Shown in pieces: positions 40,815 to 48,983 of a stretch of DNA of 64,000 nucleotides (positions are counted from its first letter, which is position 1; each line of letters opens with the position of its first letter). The notes beneath the pieces were generated by a model. That model did not search any database and was not told where the DNA came from. It saw nothing but the letters and a program-made list of their open reading frames with translations. The position numbers were made by a program, and so were the translations under genes. Location of the stretch: positions 200,025 through 264,024 of the forward strand of contig CAZOZN010000002.1 of assembly GCA_964584335.1 (NCBI GenBank). The letters are read 5' to 3'. The stretch comes from an uncultured archaeon. GTDB taxonomy: Archaea; Aenigmatarchaeota; Aenigmatarchaeia; PWEA01; JAGHBM01.

Positions 40815-40890
40815 TTTATCACCACCTTTTTAGTTTACTTAAACACTAAAAATATACAGGTTCAATTATTTAAAATTAACCCAGAAATAA

Positions 40891-41541
40891 TCATATGCTT
40901 TCAAGCGCTTTCTTTATAGCATTCTTCGCGTAAATGTTTCTTTTTGATGCCGGTGCTCCATGGCCCGGTAATAGTATTTCTATTTCACCGAGTTTTTTTA
41001 TTTTACCCAAAGATTTTTTGAGTTCATTTTCTTTTCCTCCGGGCAGATCTGTTCTTCCTATGCCATCGAGGAATAAAGTATCACCGCTTATCAGTATTTT
41101 GTTGTTTTCGTCCCATAAACATACCCCACCCGATGTATGTCCCGGAGTATGAATGACCTCAAAAGAGTAGCTGCCTGTTTTTATAACATCACCTTCTTTT
41201 ATTGTACTGTCCGCTTTTACTTTTTCATAATCTATTTCGAAATCCTCGGCCATAGTATCCTTACCTGTCTCTAAACCCTCTTTATCTTTTTCATGTACGA
41301 GTATTTTTGCCCCTGTAAGTTTCTTCCATTTTTTTGCAGCGCCACAGTGGTCAAAATGTGAGTGTGTTATTATTATTTTGCTTATTTTCTTTGGATTTAC
41401 TCCATATTCCTTTAGTTGTTCTATAGTCTCCTCAAAAAACAAACCGCTACCACAGTCTATCAATATGTCATTGTTTATGCAGAATACGTTTGAGTCAAAT
41501 TCTGCACCGTCTACCAGGAATATGTCCTCGCTCAGTTTCAT
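40891..41541 (-). CDS. MBL-fold metallo-hydrolase (glyoxalase II-like)
   Basis: HxHxDH motif THSHFDHCGAA, plus downstream His/Asp ligands (HTPGHTSG, LPGHG). Confidence 0.8.
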   Translation of the reverse strand: MKLSEDIFLVDGAEFDSNVFCINNDILIDCGSGLFFEETIEQLKEYGVNPKKISKIIITHSHFDHCGAAKKWKKLTGAKILVHEKDKEGLETGKDTMAEDFEIDYEKVKADSTIKEGDVIKTGSYSFEVIHTPGHTSGGVCLWDENNKILISGDTLFLDGIGRTDLPGGKENELKKSLGKIKKLGEIEILLPGHGAPASKRNIYAKNAIKKALESI

Positions 41542-41609
41542 TTTCTCACCAATCTAAAGAAGAATTCGTAAATTTAAATAAATTTATCTATTTGGAGATA
41601 CAGTTTAGT

Positions 41610-42482
41610 CTATTCAATTTTTTCGTAGAGCTTTTCATATGCTTTTAGTACGGAAACCACGACTTCTTTTATCTCTTTTTCATGGTTTTTGGCACCAGGC
41701 CTTACATCTTTCAGCTGCTTTAAAACTTTATCACATTCTTTCTCGACATTTTTTGATAATTTGAAAGGTTTCTTTATTTTTTCTTTGTACTTTGCTGATT
41801 TCATCTCTAAGGGAATCCACATGTTGTGATAGCCTATAAATATTATCATTAGGTTTGCCAGGTTTTTTCTGCTTGTTTTTATTTTTTTATTGTTTTCGAA
41901 TGACAACAACTTCTTTTCTTCATATATTTCTTCTTCAAACCCGTTCTCTATAAGAATAGTATCAACTATAAGGTCTTTCATGCATAGTATGCAAAAGGTG
42001 ACCAGTTTTATTATGTCTGATAGGACTTCTTCGTAATTCTCGCCTATTCTTTCGAGAGTTTTTATTATTAAAGGCCATTGTTTTTTTCCAACTTCTGATA
42101 TTCTTGGTTCTATGCCGTTTGATTTTACAACTGTGTGCATGTATTCGTGAGCTATCAACCCCTTTGCGTATTTTCTGTTTTTTATGAATTTGTCTTTTAT
42201 GTTTATCATTATCTTTACTTTCTTTTTTTCTGTTATAGAAAATGATGAAACGCTTTCTGAAAGCCAGAACTCCATCTTATCGTATCTTCTTCCATGGTAC
42301 ATCTTTTCAGGGTTTGCTATCTTTAGGAATGCTTTTTTGGGATTTTCAGTAAAAAGGAAAAAAACCTCGTCAAATTTATTTTTTCCTATTTTTTTTACTA
42401 TTTCGTCAACAATGGGATATAACAGTTCCTTTACAAATTTTTTTCTGCTATCGGTTTTTTTTATTAGTTTCATAAAAATCAT
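41610..42482 (-). CDS. Hypothetical protein with HExxH zincin-like motif
   Basis: LIAHEYMHTVV carries the HExxH motif. Otherwise there is no recognisable family. It is co-oriented with, and directly downstream of, porA (stop-start overlap). Confidence 0.5.
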   Translation of the reverse strand: MIFMKLIKKTDSRKKFVKELLYPIVDEIVKKIGKNKFDEVFFLFTENPKKAFLKIANPEKMYHGRRYDKMEFWLSESVSSFSITEKKKVKIMINIKDKFIKNRKYAKGLIAHEYMHTVVKSNGIEPRISEVGKKQWPLIIKTLERIGENYEEVLSDIIKLVTFCILCMKDLIVDTILIENGFEEEIYEEKKLLSFENNKKIKTSRKNLANLMIIFIGYHNMWIPLEMKSAKYKEKIKKPFKLSKNVEKECDKVLKQLKDVRPGAKNHEKEIKEVVVSVLKAYEKLYEKIE

Positions 42483-43624
42483 TAAAGAATCCAGTATTTC
42501 TTCGGTTTTTTTGTTCTAACCGTCTTTTTGTATATGTCAGTAAAGTCCTTTAGTCCGGTGTGAGTTCCACCCAAACTCACTATGAAATCGGATACCACAG
42601 CATTATTATCGTAAAGTGCCGACTTTATCTCAGGAAAAACTATACCGCCGTATCCGGGTGCTATATTGTTGTCTATTACAGCTACTCTTTTAACATCATC
42701 CAAGGATTTTTTTATTTGTTCTTCAGGAAAAGGCCTGTAACTTCTCAATCTAAGCAAACCCACTTTCTTTCCTTTTTTTCTTAAGTTGTTTACTGCTTCT
42801 TTTACTGTAGTCGATATTGCTCCGGTAGTTACAAAGGCGAACTTGGCGTCACTCATTTTATATTCTTCAACCAGTCCGTATTTTCTTCCAAATTTTTTCT
42901 CGAATTTTTTCCCAACTTTTTTTATTTTTTCGATAGCATTAAGTTGTGCTTTGTGTTGCTGTGCCCTAAATTTCATATAGTCCTTGCCCATTGCGGAAAT
43001 TCCCTGGCACATTGGATTTTTTGGGTCCAAAACAACCTTGGGCCTGTACCTTGGTATGAAATTTCTTACGTCAAATCTGTCCGGTATCTCCACAGGCTCT
43101 CTGGTGTAAGAATGTATAAATCCTTCCATGTTTACCAAAGCTGGAAGCATCACTTCTTCATCTTCACATATTTTATAAGCCTGAATTATAGAATCTAAAA
43201 CTTCCTGGTTGTTTTGAGAAAAGAATATCAACCATCCAGTATCTCTCATTGCAAGTATATCGTTTTGATCTGTCCACAGGGTAACGGGCGCAGACAGACC
43301 GCGCGATACATTTACCATTACAATTGGTAATCTCATACCGGATGCTATGTACATAACCTCGTGCATATAGAGAGTGCCCTGGGAACTTGATGCGGTAAAA
43401 GTTCTTAATCCAGATGCTTCTGAGCCTATGCATGCAGACATTACAGAATGCTCCCCGTCAACATCTACAAATTCTCCTCTCCATTTACCGTCTACTTTCC
43501 ATTTGGCCAGTTTTTCTATAAGTTCGGTTTGTGGTGTTATTGGAAAGTTAGGGACAACTTTTACGTCAGAAAGCCTTACTCCCCATGCAGCAGCCGTGTT
43601 ACCGTCCATCAAGGTCTTTTTCAT
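42482..43624 (-). CDS. porA: Pyruvate/2-oxoacid:ferredoxin oxidoreductase alpha subunit
   Basis: 380 aa with the transketolase-like POR alpha fold (GNTAAAWGV..., pyrimidine-binding and C-terminal domains). Confidence 0.9.
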   Translation of the reverse strand: MKKTLMDGNTAAAWGVRLSDVKVVPNFPITPQTELIEKLAKWKVDGKWRGEFVDVDGEHSVMSACIGSEASGLRTFTASSSQGTLYMHEVMYIASGMRLPIVMVNVSRGLSAPVTLWTDQNDILAMRDTGWLIFFSQNNQEVLDSIIQAYKICEDEEVMLPALVNMEGFIHSYTREPVEIPDRFDVRNFIPRYRPKVVLDPKNPMCQGISAMGKDYMKFRAQQHKAQLNAIEKIKKVGKKFEKKFGRKYGLVEEYKMSDAKFAFVTTGAISTTVKEAVNNLRKKGKKVGLLRLRSYRPFPEEQIKKSLDDVKRVAVIDNNIAPGYGGIVFPEIKSALYDNNAVVSDFIVSLGGTHTGLKDFTDIYKKTVRTKKPKKYWIL

Positions 43625-43923
43625 TTACTCACCCCACTTTCATGAAAGTCCTTTTTCATTTCTATTGCATTTACTGGACAATTTTTTGAGCATATACCAC
43701 AGCCTTTGCATATTTTATAATCAAAAACCGGTCTCCCTTTCTTATCAATTTTTATTGCATTCTCGGGGCAAATCTTAAAACAAAGCTTGCATGATATGCA
43801 TTTTTCATTCCTTACTGGTTTGTATACTCTCCAAGCCCCAGTGTTAATGGTTTTTGCTTCGTTTGCCTTTATTACGGGTATTCCTTTAACTCCTTTATAT
43901 TTTATTTTGTGTTCTTCAATCAT
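43621..43923 (-). CDS. porD: POR delta subunit (2x[4Fe-4S] ferredoxin)
   Basis: Two CxxCxxCxxxCP motifs (CISCKLCFKICP; CKGCGICSKNCP). Confidence 0.85.
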   Translation of the reverse strand: MIEEHKIKYKGVKGIPVIKANEAKTINTGAWRVYKPVRNEKCISCKLCFKICPENAIKIDKKGRPVFDYKICKGCGICSKNCPVNAIEMKKDFHESGVSK

Positions 43924-43932
43924 GATATCGTC

Positions 43933-44478
43933 TCATATTTTTAGCTTATTGTAACAGGTCTCTATTGCTTTTTTGTTTTTTTCTATAAGTTCTTCTTTGC
44001 CTTCTTCTTCCAATTCTTTTTTCATTGCATCGATTAGAGATTCTATGGTTATTTTTTTGAAAATTTTTACAAATGCTCCCAGTATAGCGGTATTCGGTAT
44101 CGGAACCCCGATACAATCAATTGCTATTTTTGTTGCATCTATAGTATAGACTTCTTGTTTCAATTTTGAAAAATAGCCCGGATATTTGTTGGTATTAATT
44201 AATAGAGTACCGTCTTTTTTTAATCCTTTTGTTACTTCTTCCATATCGAGGGTATCATCTATGCATATAACAAAATCTGGGTCGAAAATATAGTCTCTCT
44301 CAAGTATTTCTTTTTTGTCCATTCTCAAGAAAGAAGTCAGTGGAGCTCCCCTCCTTTCCGCTCCGTATACAGCAAAACTTTGTGTTTGATAACCCGAAAG
44401 AAAAGCAGCCCTGCCCAATATATGAGCAGCCAATTTTATTCCTTGCCCTCCCCTGCCGTGAAACCTAATTTTATACAT
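43933..44478 (-). CDS. porG: POR gamma subunit
   Basis: MYKIRFHGRGGQGIKLAAHILGRAAFLSGY is the canonical gamma-subunit N-terminus. Confidence 0.85.
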   Translation of the reverse strand: MYKIRFHGRGGQGIKLAAHILGRAAFLSGYQTQSFAVYGAERRGAPLTSFLRMDKKEILERDYIFDPDFVICIDDTLDMEEVTKGLKKDGTLLINTNKYPGYFSKLKQEVYTIDATKIAIDCIGVPIPNTAILGAFVKIFKKITIESLIDAMKKELEEEGKEELIEKNKKAIETCYNKLKI

Positions 44479-45017
44479 TATCTACCCCTTCTATAGTTTC
44501 TTTGAGTGTAGTTGTTTTGTTTGTAGTCTGATGAATTTCCTTGGTTGTAGTACCTTCTTGTGACCCTGCTTATGGCTTTGTTTATTATATTTTCGACTTC
44601 TCTGGGTTTGTTTACTGAAAGCAGCCAGAATTGGGCTTCTCCCGTGTCTATTTCTATATTTCCAATCCCAAGTATCCTATCGTGCCATTTATTGTCAAAT
44701 AGTATCTTTTCAATCATCTGGTAAGGTATGTAGTCAGTTTTTTTGTTTATTATACCTTCTTCCTTGATTATTCTGTTTTCAGTTATGCTATATTTTACCA
44801 TCAGTCTCTTTATTTCTACCAATATAACAAAAAGTATGCTTAATCCAATGAGCAAGTATGATAAGTAGTCAGCAAATGCTGCCAAAAAACCTATTTCTAT
44901 TATACCAAACAGTAAAACACCGGTTAATGCTAAGAATAATATAGAAACAATGTAATAATGTAGGAATGCCTTTCTTGATTTTTTACCTTTCCAAAAAATT
45001 CTTTCTTCTTTCATCAA
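44478..45017 (-). CDS. Membrane-anchored bacterial-type PH-domain protein (bPH_2/YdbS-like)
   Basis: Two N-terminal TM helices are followed by a ~100-aa PH-like region. It sits between acdB and porG on the same strand with overlapping stop/start codons. Confidence 0.6.
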   Translation of the reverse strand: MMKEERIFWKGKKSRKAFLHYYIVSILFLALTGVLLFGIIEIGFLAAFADYLSYLLIGLSILFVILVEIKRLMVKYSITENRIIKEEGIINKKTDYIPYQMIEKILFDNKWHDRILGIGNIEIDTGEAQFWLLSVNKPREVENIINKAISRVTRRYYNQGNSSDYKQNNYTQRNYRRGR

Positions 45018-45616
45018 TTCACCCTTATGTCAACAGCCCAGGTATTTTTTCTAGAACACATGACAGGATTTATATCCATCTCTTTTATACCTTCTTTCAA
45101 CATCAAGTTAGATACTTTTTTTATTGTTTCACAAAGTCCTTCAATATCATATTTCTTACCCCTGTAGCCCTTCAATATACGATATATCTTGCTTTCTTTA
45201 ATCATATCCTTGGCTGCCTTTTTTGATACGGGACAAACCCTAAAACTTATATCGTCGAGTATTTCTACGAATATACCACCAGTACCAAAACTAACACAGG
45301 GACCAAACTGGGAATCTTCTATACCCCCTATTATTGTTTCTATACCCTCCACTTGTTTTTGCAGCAACACGGAACCTTCTGATTTTTTCATAATCTTGTT
45401 GAAAGCATTTTTCAAATCTTTCCTATATAGGTCAGTCAATACGCCGCCCGCTTCGGTTTTATGGCTTATGTTTGGAGAAATTGTTTTAATTACTACAGGA
45501 TAACCGACTTTTTCTGCAAAATCCAAAGCATCTTTTTGCCTTTTGGCAACCAAGTACTTTGGTGTTTTTATTTTATATTTTCTTGCAAGCTTTATAGATT
45601 CTTCAGGGGGCATCAT
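45014..45616 (-). CDS. acdB: ADP-forming acetyl-CoA synthetase beta subunit (ATP-grasp domain)
   Basis: 200 aa. KIKTPKYLVAKRQKDALDFAEKVGYPVVIKTISPNISHKTEAGGV matches the ATP-grasp_5 nucleotide-binding region of ACD beta. Confidence 0.8.
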   Translation of the reverse strand: MMPPEESIKLARKYKIKTPKYLVAKRQKDALDFAEKVGYPVVIKTISPNISHKTEAGGVLTDLYRKDLKNAFNKIMKKSEGSVLLQKQVEGIETIIGGIEDSQFGPCVSFGTGGIFVEILDDISFRVCPVSKKAAKDMIKESKIYRILKGYRGKKYDIEGLCETIKKVSNLMLKEGIKEMDINPVMCSRKNTWAVDIRVN

Positions 45617-45723
45617 GATTATAGTTAATAAAATAGTTTATATAATATTTTCTAAGGCATTCTGACATGTACAGAACATACCAAATTCTCATTATCGAAT
45701 AAAATATGATAACACTAGACAAA

Positions 45724-46011
45724 TCAGTCTTCTTCCATTTCGTCAGGTTCTTTTATTGTCGGTGGAGTTATATGCTGTACTATTACTATGTCATCCACTG
45801 ACTTAACCATTTGATAAGGTACAATAACTCCTCTCTTACTACCAACCATTTCAGCCAAATAAGAGTTTCTGGCAGCTTCTATAACGAGAGATCTTACTCT
45901 GAATTTGTTTAAATTAACCTTTACATCTCCTACTCTTCCACAATAAGTTCCCTTAGTGGTAAAAACGTCTTTTCCAAACATTTCAGAAAGATTTTTCACA
46001 TTTATTGGCAT
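45724..46011 (-). CDS. PRC-barrel domain protein
   Basis: 95 aa with the small beta-barrel pattern (VKVNLNKFRVRSLVIEAA...) typical of archaeal PRC-barrel proteins. Confidence 0.65.
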   Translation of the reverse strand: MPINVKNLSEMFGKDVFTTKGTYCGRVGDVKVNLNKFRVRSLVIEAARNSYLAEMVGSKRGVIVPYQMVKSVDDIVIVQHITPPTIKEPDEMEED

Positions 46012-46120
46012 AACTCTACCCCCTTTTTAATATAATCGTTTACTTTTAATATTTATAGCTCTTACATCTATTTAAATGTTAAAAGAATTTGGGAATTTTA
46101 GATTTTTTGGTTTTAAAGAG

Positions 46121-46208
46121 GCTGAGGTGGCCGAGTGGTTTAAGGCGCTGGCCTGCTAAGCTAGTGGGGCACGTCCCCGCGAGGGTTCGAATCCCTCCCT
46201 CAGCGCCA
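46121..46208 (+). tRNA. tRNA-Ser (anticodon GCT), type II, intron-less, CCA encoded
   Basis: Acceptor GCTGAGG/CCTCAGC. Anticodon loop CT-GCT-AA. Long variable arm. T-arm GAGGGTTCGAATCCCTC. Discriminator G followed by CCA. Confidence 0.85.
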
Positions 46209-46255
46209 TTAAAATCTAATAAGCTTAAATACTAAGAATATAATAAAAAATTGAC

Positions 46256-46387
46256 GGGCTGGTAGTCTAGTGGTTATGACGCTGCCCTTACAAACCTTTT
46301 ACTCAGCGAAAAAGGTTTAATAAAATTGGCTGGATTAAAGTTTGTGAAAGGCAGAGGTCGGGAGTTCGACTCTCCCCCGGCCCACCA
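46256..46387 (+). tRNA. tRNA-Val (anticodon TAC) with a ~55-nt intron at the canonical 37/38 position, CCA encoded
   Basis: Acceptor GGGCTGG/CCGGCCC. Anticodon stem CTGCC...GGCAG with loop CTTACAA. The intron ACCTTTT...GTGAA contains an internal hairpin. T-arm GGGAGTTCGACTCTCCC. Confidence 0.7.
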
Positions 46388-46448
46388 CCAAGGAAATAAA
46401 ACTATAAAAAGGTTGAAAGACCAAGAAGATAAATCAGGAAATGAAAAT

Positions 46449-46624
46449 GCTCCCGTAGTCTAGCTCGGTTAAGGATGCCGGCCTTTCGATTCAAGTCGAA
46501 AGATTTGAGAACCAACTGGGTTCAGTGAAAGAAGAAAGCCGGAGACTCGGGTTCAAAAAAGCTTTTCTTTAAAAAAGAAAAGACTTTAGAAAAGAAAGCT
46601 TGGATTGTCCCGGCGGGAGCACCA
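46449..46624 (+). tRNA. tRNA-Glu (anticodon TTC) with two introns (anticodon loop 37/38 and T-loop), CCA encoded
   Basis: Acceptor GCTCCCG/CGGGAGC. The anticodon stem-loop CCGGC-CTTTCGA is identical to the canonical archaeal tRNA-Glu loop. The 3' half of the stem, GCCGG, lies ~48 nt downstream. The T-stem TCGGG/CCCGG is interrupted after TTCAAA by a ~50-nt insert. The insert is closed by an AAGCTTTTCTTT...AAAAGAAAGCTT helix. Confidence 0.65.
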
Positions 46625-46798
46625 ATAAAATTTATGGGAATTTTGAGTTTCTCAAACCCCTTAAAATAACATTTTTAGGGCTTCTAGTATATAAATCTTA
46701 TTAAAAATGCCCCTAAACCTTTATATTTGAGTGTTTCAAAATGTTACTATAGACGGCCTAGAGGCCTCTTAAACACAATTTAGTGGAGGTGTAAAAAA

Positions 46799-46966
46799 AT
46801 GGCATTGATTGTAAAGAACGCAATAAAAGATTTGGTAAGAGGAAAAGCAAACGTAAGCGCTGATTTCTATGATGCTTTGGACACAGAAGTAAAAGACATA
46901 GTACACAAAGCATTAAAAAGAGCAAAAGACAACAGCAGAAAAACAATTCAAGCAAGAGACCTTTAA
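46799..46966 (+). CDS. Histone-fold protein truncated after helix alpha2 / L2 (55 aa)
   Basis: MALIVKNAIKDLVRGKANVSADFYDALDTEVKDIVHKALKRAKDNSRKTIQARDL aligns by eye with archaeal histone HMfB ([53 protein letters not shown]). It ends where alpha3 would begin. A GGAGGTG Shine-Dalgarno is 7 nt upstream. Confidence 0.55.
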   Translation: MALIVKNAIKDLVRGKANVSADFYDALDTEVKDIVHKALKRAKDNSRKTIQARDL

Positions 46967-46995
46967 ATCGGTCTCTTTTCTCTTTTTATTTTTTT
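46955..46995 (+). terminator. Hairpin (AGAGACC/GGTCTCT, loop TTTAAATC) followed by a T-rich tract
   Basis: A perfect 7-bp inverted repeat overlaps the stop of the histone-fold gene and is followed by TTTCTCTTTTTATTTTTTT. Confidence 0.5.
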
Positions 46996-47078
46996 AACTT
47001 TTTAACTTTTTTTTAAATGATTAATAATAAAAGATTAATAAGACTAAGAAAAAACAGGAAAAACACATTTGCATTATG

Positions 47079-47255
47079 CGGGGGTACCCAAGAGAGCTTT
47101 TAGAAAAAGCTCAAGCAAAAATCTAAAGCTCTGGGAATGGCCAAAGGGGCAGGACTTAAGAAAGCTTTTTGGAAAAAGCTTTACCAAAAACTTCAACTCT
47201 GAGAAATCCTGTGAACGTAGGTTCTCCGTGAGTTCGAATCTCATCCCCCGCACCA
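47079..47255 (+). tRNA. tRNA-Leu (anticodon TAA), type II, with two introns (D-loop and anticodon loop 37/38), CCA encoded
   Basis: Acceptor GCGGGGG/CCCCCGC. The D-loop is interrupted by a ~40-nt insert closed by AGAGCTTT...AAAGCTCT. Anticodon stem CAGGA/TCCTG with loop CTTAAGA, and a ~45-nt intron after position 37. Long variable arm. T-arm TGAGTTCGAATCTCA. Confidence 0.65.
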
Positions 47256-47289
47256 ATCTTTTTATTTTATTAAGTTCTAAGATGTCTTT

Positions 47290-47838
47290 ATGAACAACTT
47301 GGTTGCTGTTGTCGGTATGCCCGGATGCGGAAAGAGTGAATCAGTTAAGATTTTTGAGGATTCTGATTTTTTCAAGGTTTATTTTGGAGGGGTAGTTATA
47401 GAGGAATTAAAAAAAAGAGACATGGAAATAAATGAAAAAAATGAATCTTTCATGAGAGAAAAACTTAGAGAAGAACAGGGGATGTCTGCAATGGCTAAGC
47501 TTAGCATCGATAAGATAAAAGAAAAGCTTTCAGAAAGCAATGTAGTAATAGATGGACTTTATTCAATGGAAGAATACGAACTTCTTAAAAAAGAATTTCC
47601 AAATATGATGGTTTTTTGCGTTTTCTCTTCACCAAAGACTAGACACGAAAGGCTTTCAAAAAGGACTGTAAGACCTTTAAAGAGAGAAGAGTCTTCTAAT
47701 AGGGATAAGAATCAGATAAAGAATCTTCATACCGGCGGTCCTATAGCACTTGCTGATTTTACAGTTGTTAACGAATCAACTCTTTATGAACTGAAGGAAA
47801 AAACTAATGCTTTTATTGAGAGCATAACTAAAGATTAG
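47290..47838 (+). CDS. P-loop nucleotide kinase family protein (dephospho-CoA-kinase/adenylate-kinase-like fold)
   Basis: Walker A VVGMPGCGKSE at the N-terminus. Size is 182 aa, and it resembles the archaeal UPF0200-type kinases. Confidence 0.65.
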   Translation: MNNLVAVVGMPGCGKSESVKIFEDSDFFKVYFGGVVIEELKKRDMEINEKNESFMREKLREEQGMSAMAKLSIDKIKEKLSESNVVIDGLYSMEEYELLKKEFPNMMVFCVFSSPKTRHERLSKRTVRPLKREESSNRDKNQIKNLHTGGPIALADFTVVNESTLYELKEKTNAFIESITKD

Positions 47839-47839
47839 T

Positions 47840-48949
47840 ATGCCTCTTTCACATTTTCAATGCTTTAATTGTAAAAAAGATTTTTCAAAAAATGATGTCC
47901 TGTTTTGGTGTCCCGAATGCGGAGGCTCTTTGGTAGTTCTTTACAAAAAAGACAAGATTAAAAGGCATATAAAAAAGACCAAATTCAAAAGTCAGAAACC
48001 TTCTCACTGGAAATATTGGATGTTCTACCCACTACCCAAGAACGTAGAAAGGGTGACAATGAGCGAAGATGACACCCCTTTAATAAAAGATAAGAACAAT
48101 GATGATTATTTTTTAAAATTCGAGGGAGCCAATTCTACAGGCAGCTTCAAGGATAGAGGTTCTACTGTAGAAATAACGCATGCCAAGCAACTTGGTGTAA
48201 AAAAGGTTGCCTGTGCATCCACAGGTAATATGGGCGCTTCTGTTTCGGCTTATTCCTCAAGGGCTGGTATAAAGGCAACGATATATGTTCCAAAGGGAGC
48301 TCCTATAATAAAGAGAGAACAAATAAAAAAGTACGGTGCAAGAATAGTCAGAATAAATGGAGATTATACAGACGCATTAAACAAGACAAAAAAGCTTTGG
48401 ACCGAGAAGAAGACATATCTTACCGGCGATTATTTGTATAGACAAGAGGGCCAAAAATCTGTTATAATCGAATCGATTGACCAGATGAATTTTGATGTTC
48501 CTGATTACGTCGTTATTCCTGTCGGAATGGGAAATCTTTGTTACGCGACTTACAAGGGATTGATAGAAATGAAAATGGTCGGTCTTATTAATAAAATACC
48601 AAAGATAGTGACTGTTCAATCCTTTCATTGTTCTACCGTTGTAAAGGCCTTAAATAAAAATATGGATAAAATACCTGTTGTTAAAAATCCTAATACTATA
48701 GCCTCTGCTATTTCTTGCGGTAAACCCAACTACGGCAGGGAGGCACTTTTTGCTGTAAGAGGCACGGGAGGTACTGGAGTGTCTGTAACTGAAAAAGAAA
48801 TAAAGGATTCGAGGAAAAGTCTTGCCAGGCAAGGCATTTATACAGAGGCTTCCGGCGCAGTCAGTTATGCTGGTGCAAAAAAACTAAATCTTAAGGGCAA
48901 ATGTTTAATAATCTTGACAGGACACGGCCTTAAAGATACACTAATTTAA
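47840..48949 (+). CDS. thrC: Threonine-synthase-family PLP enzyme with N-terminal C4 zinc ribbon
   Basis: PLP-lysine motif GSFKDRG, glycine loop GNMGAS and a fold-type II layout. The N-terminus is CFNCKK...CPECGG. It starts 2 nt after the kinase stop. Confidence 0.75.
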   Translation: MPLSHFQCFNCKKDFSKNDVLFWCPECGGSLVVLYKKDKIKRHIKKTKFKSQKPSHWKYWMFYPLPKNVERVTMSEDDTPLIKDKNNDDYFLKFEGANSTGSFKDRGSTVEITHAKQLGVKKVACASTGNMGASVSAYSSRAGIKATIYVPKGAPIIKREQIKKYGARIVRINGDYTDALNKTKKLWTEKKTYLTGDYLYRQEGQKSVIIESIDQMNFDVPDYVVIPVGMGNLCYATYKGLIEMKMVGLINKIPKIVTVQSFHCSTVVKALNKNMDKIPVVKNPNTIASAISCGKPNYGREALFAVRGTGGTGVSVTEKEIKDSRKSLARQGIYTEASGAVSYAGAKKLNLKGKCLIILTGHGLKDTLI

Positions 48950-48983
48950 AAACGTTTTAAATAAGTTTTTACAAGATTAAATC

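Noticed and set aside
46755-46766. GGCCTAGAGGCC palindrome upstream of the histone-fold gene as a possible operator
   Set aside because: It is short and GC-rich in an AT-rich spacer. It is equally consistent with chance, with no second half-site or spacing pattern.
47069-47293. ORF-track entries 47069-47293(+), 47074-47256(-) and 46758-46955(-), all predicted as protein genes
   Set aside because: They lie exactly over the intron-containing tRNA-Leu gene or antisense to the histone-fold gene. Their translations are low-complexity. The tRNA and small-protein interpretations explain the sequence better.
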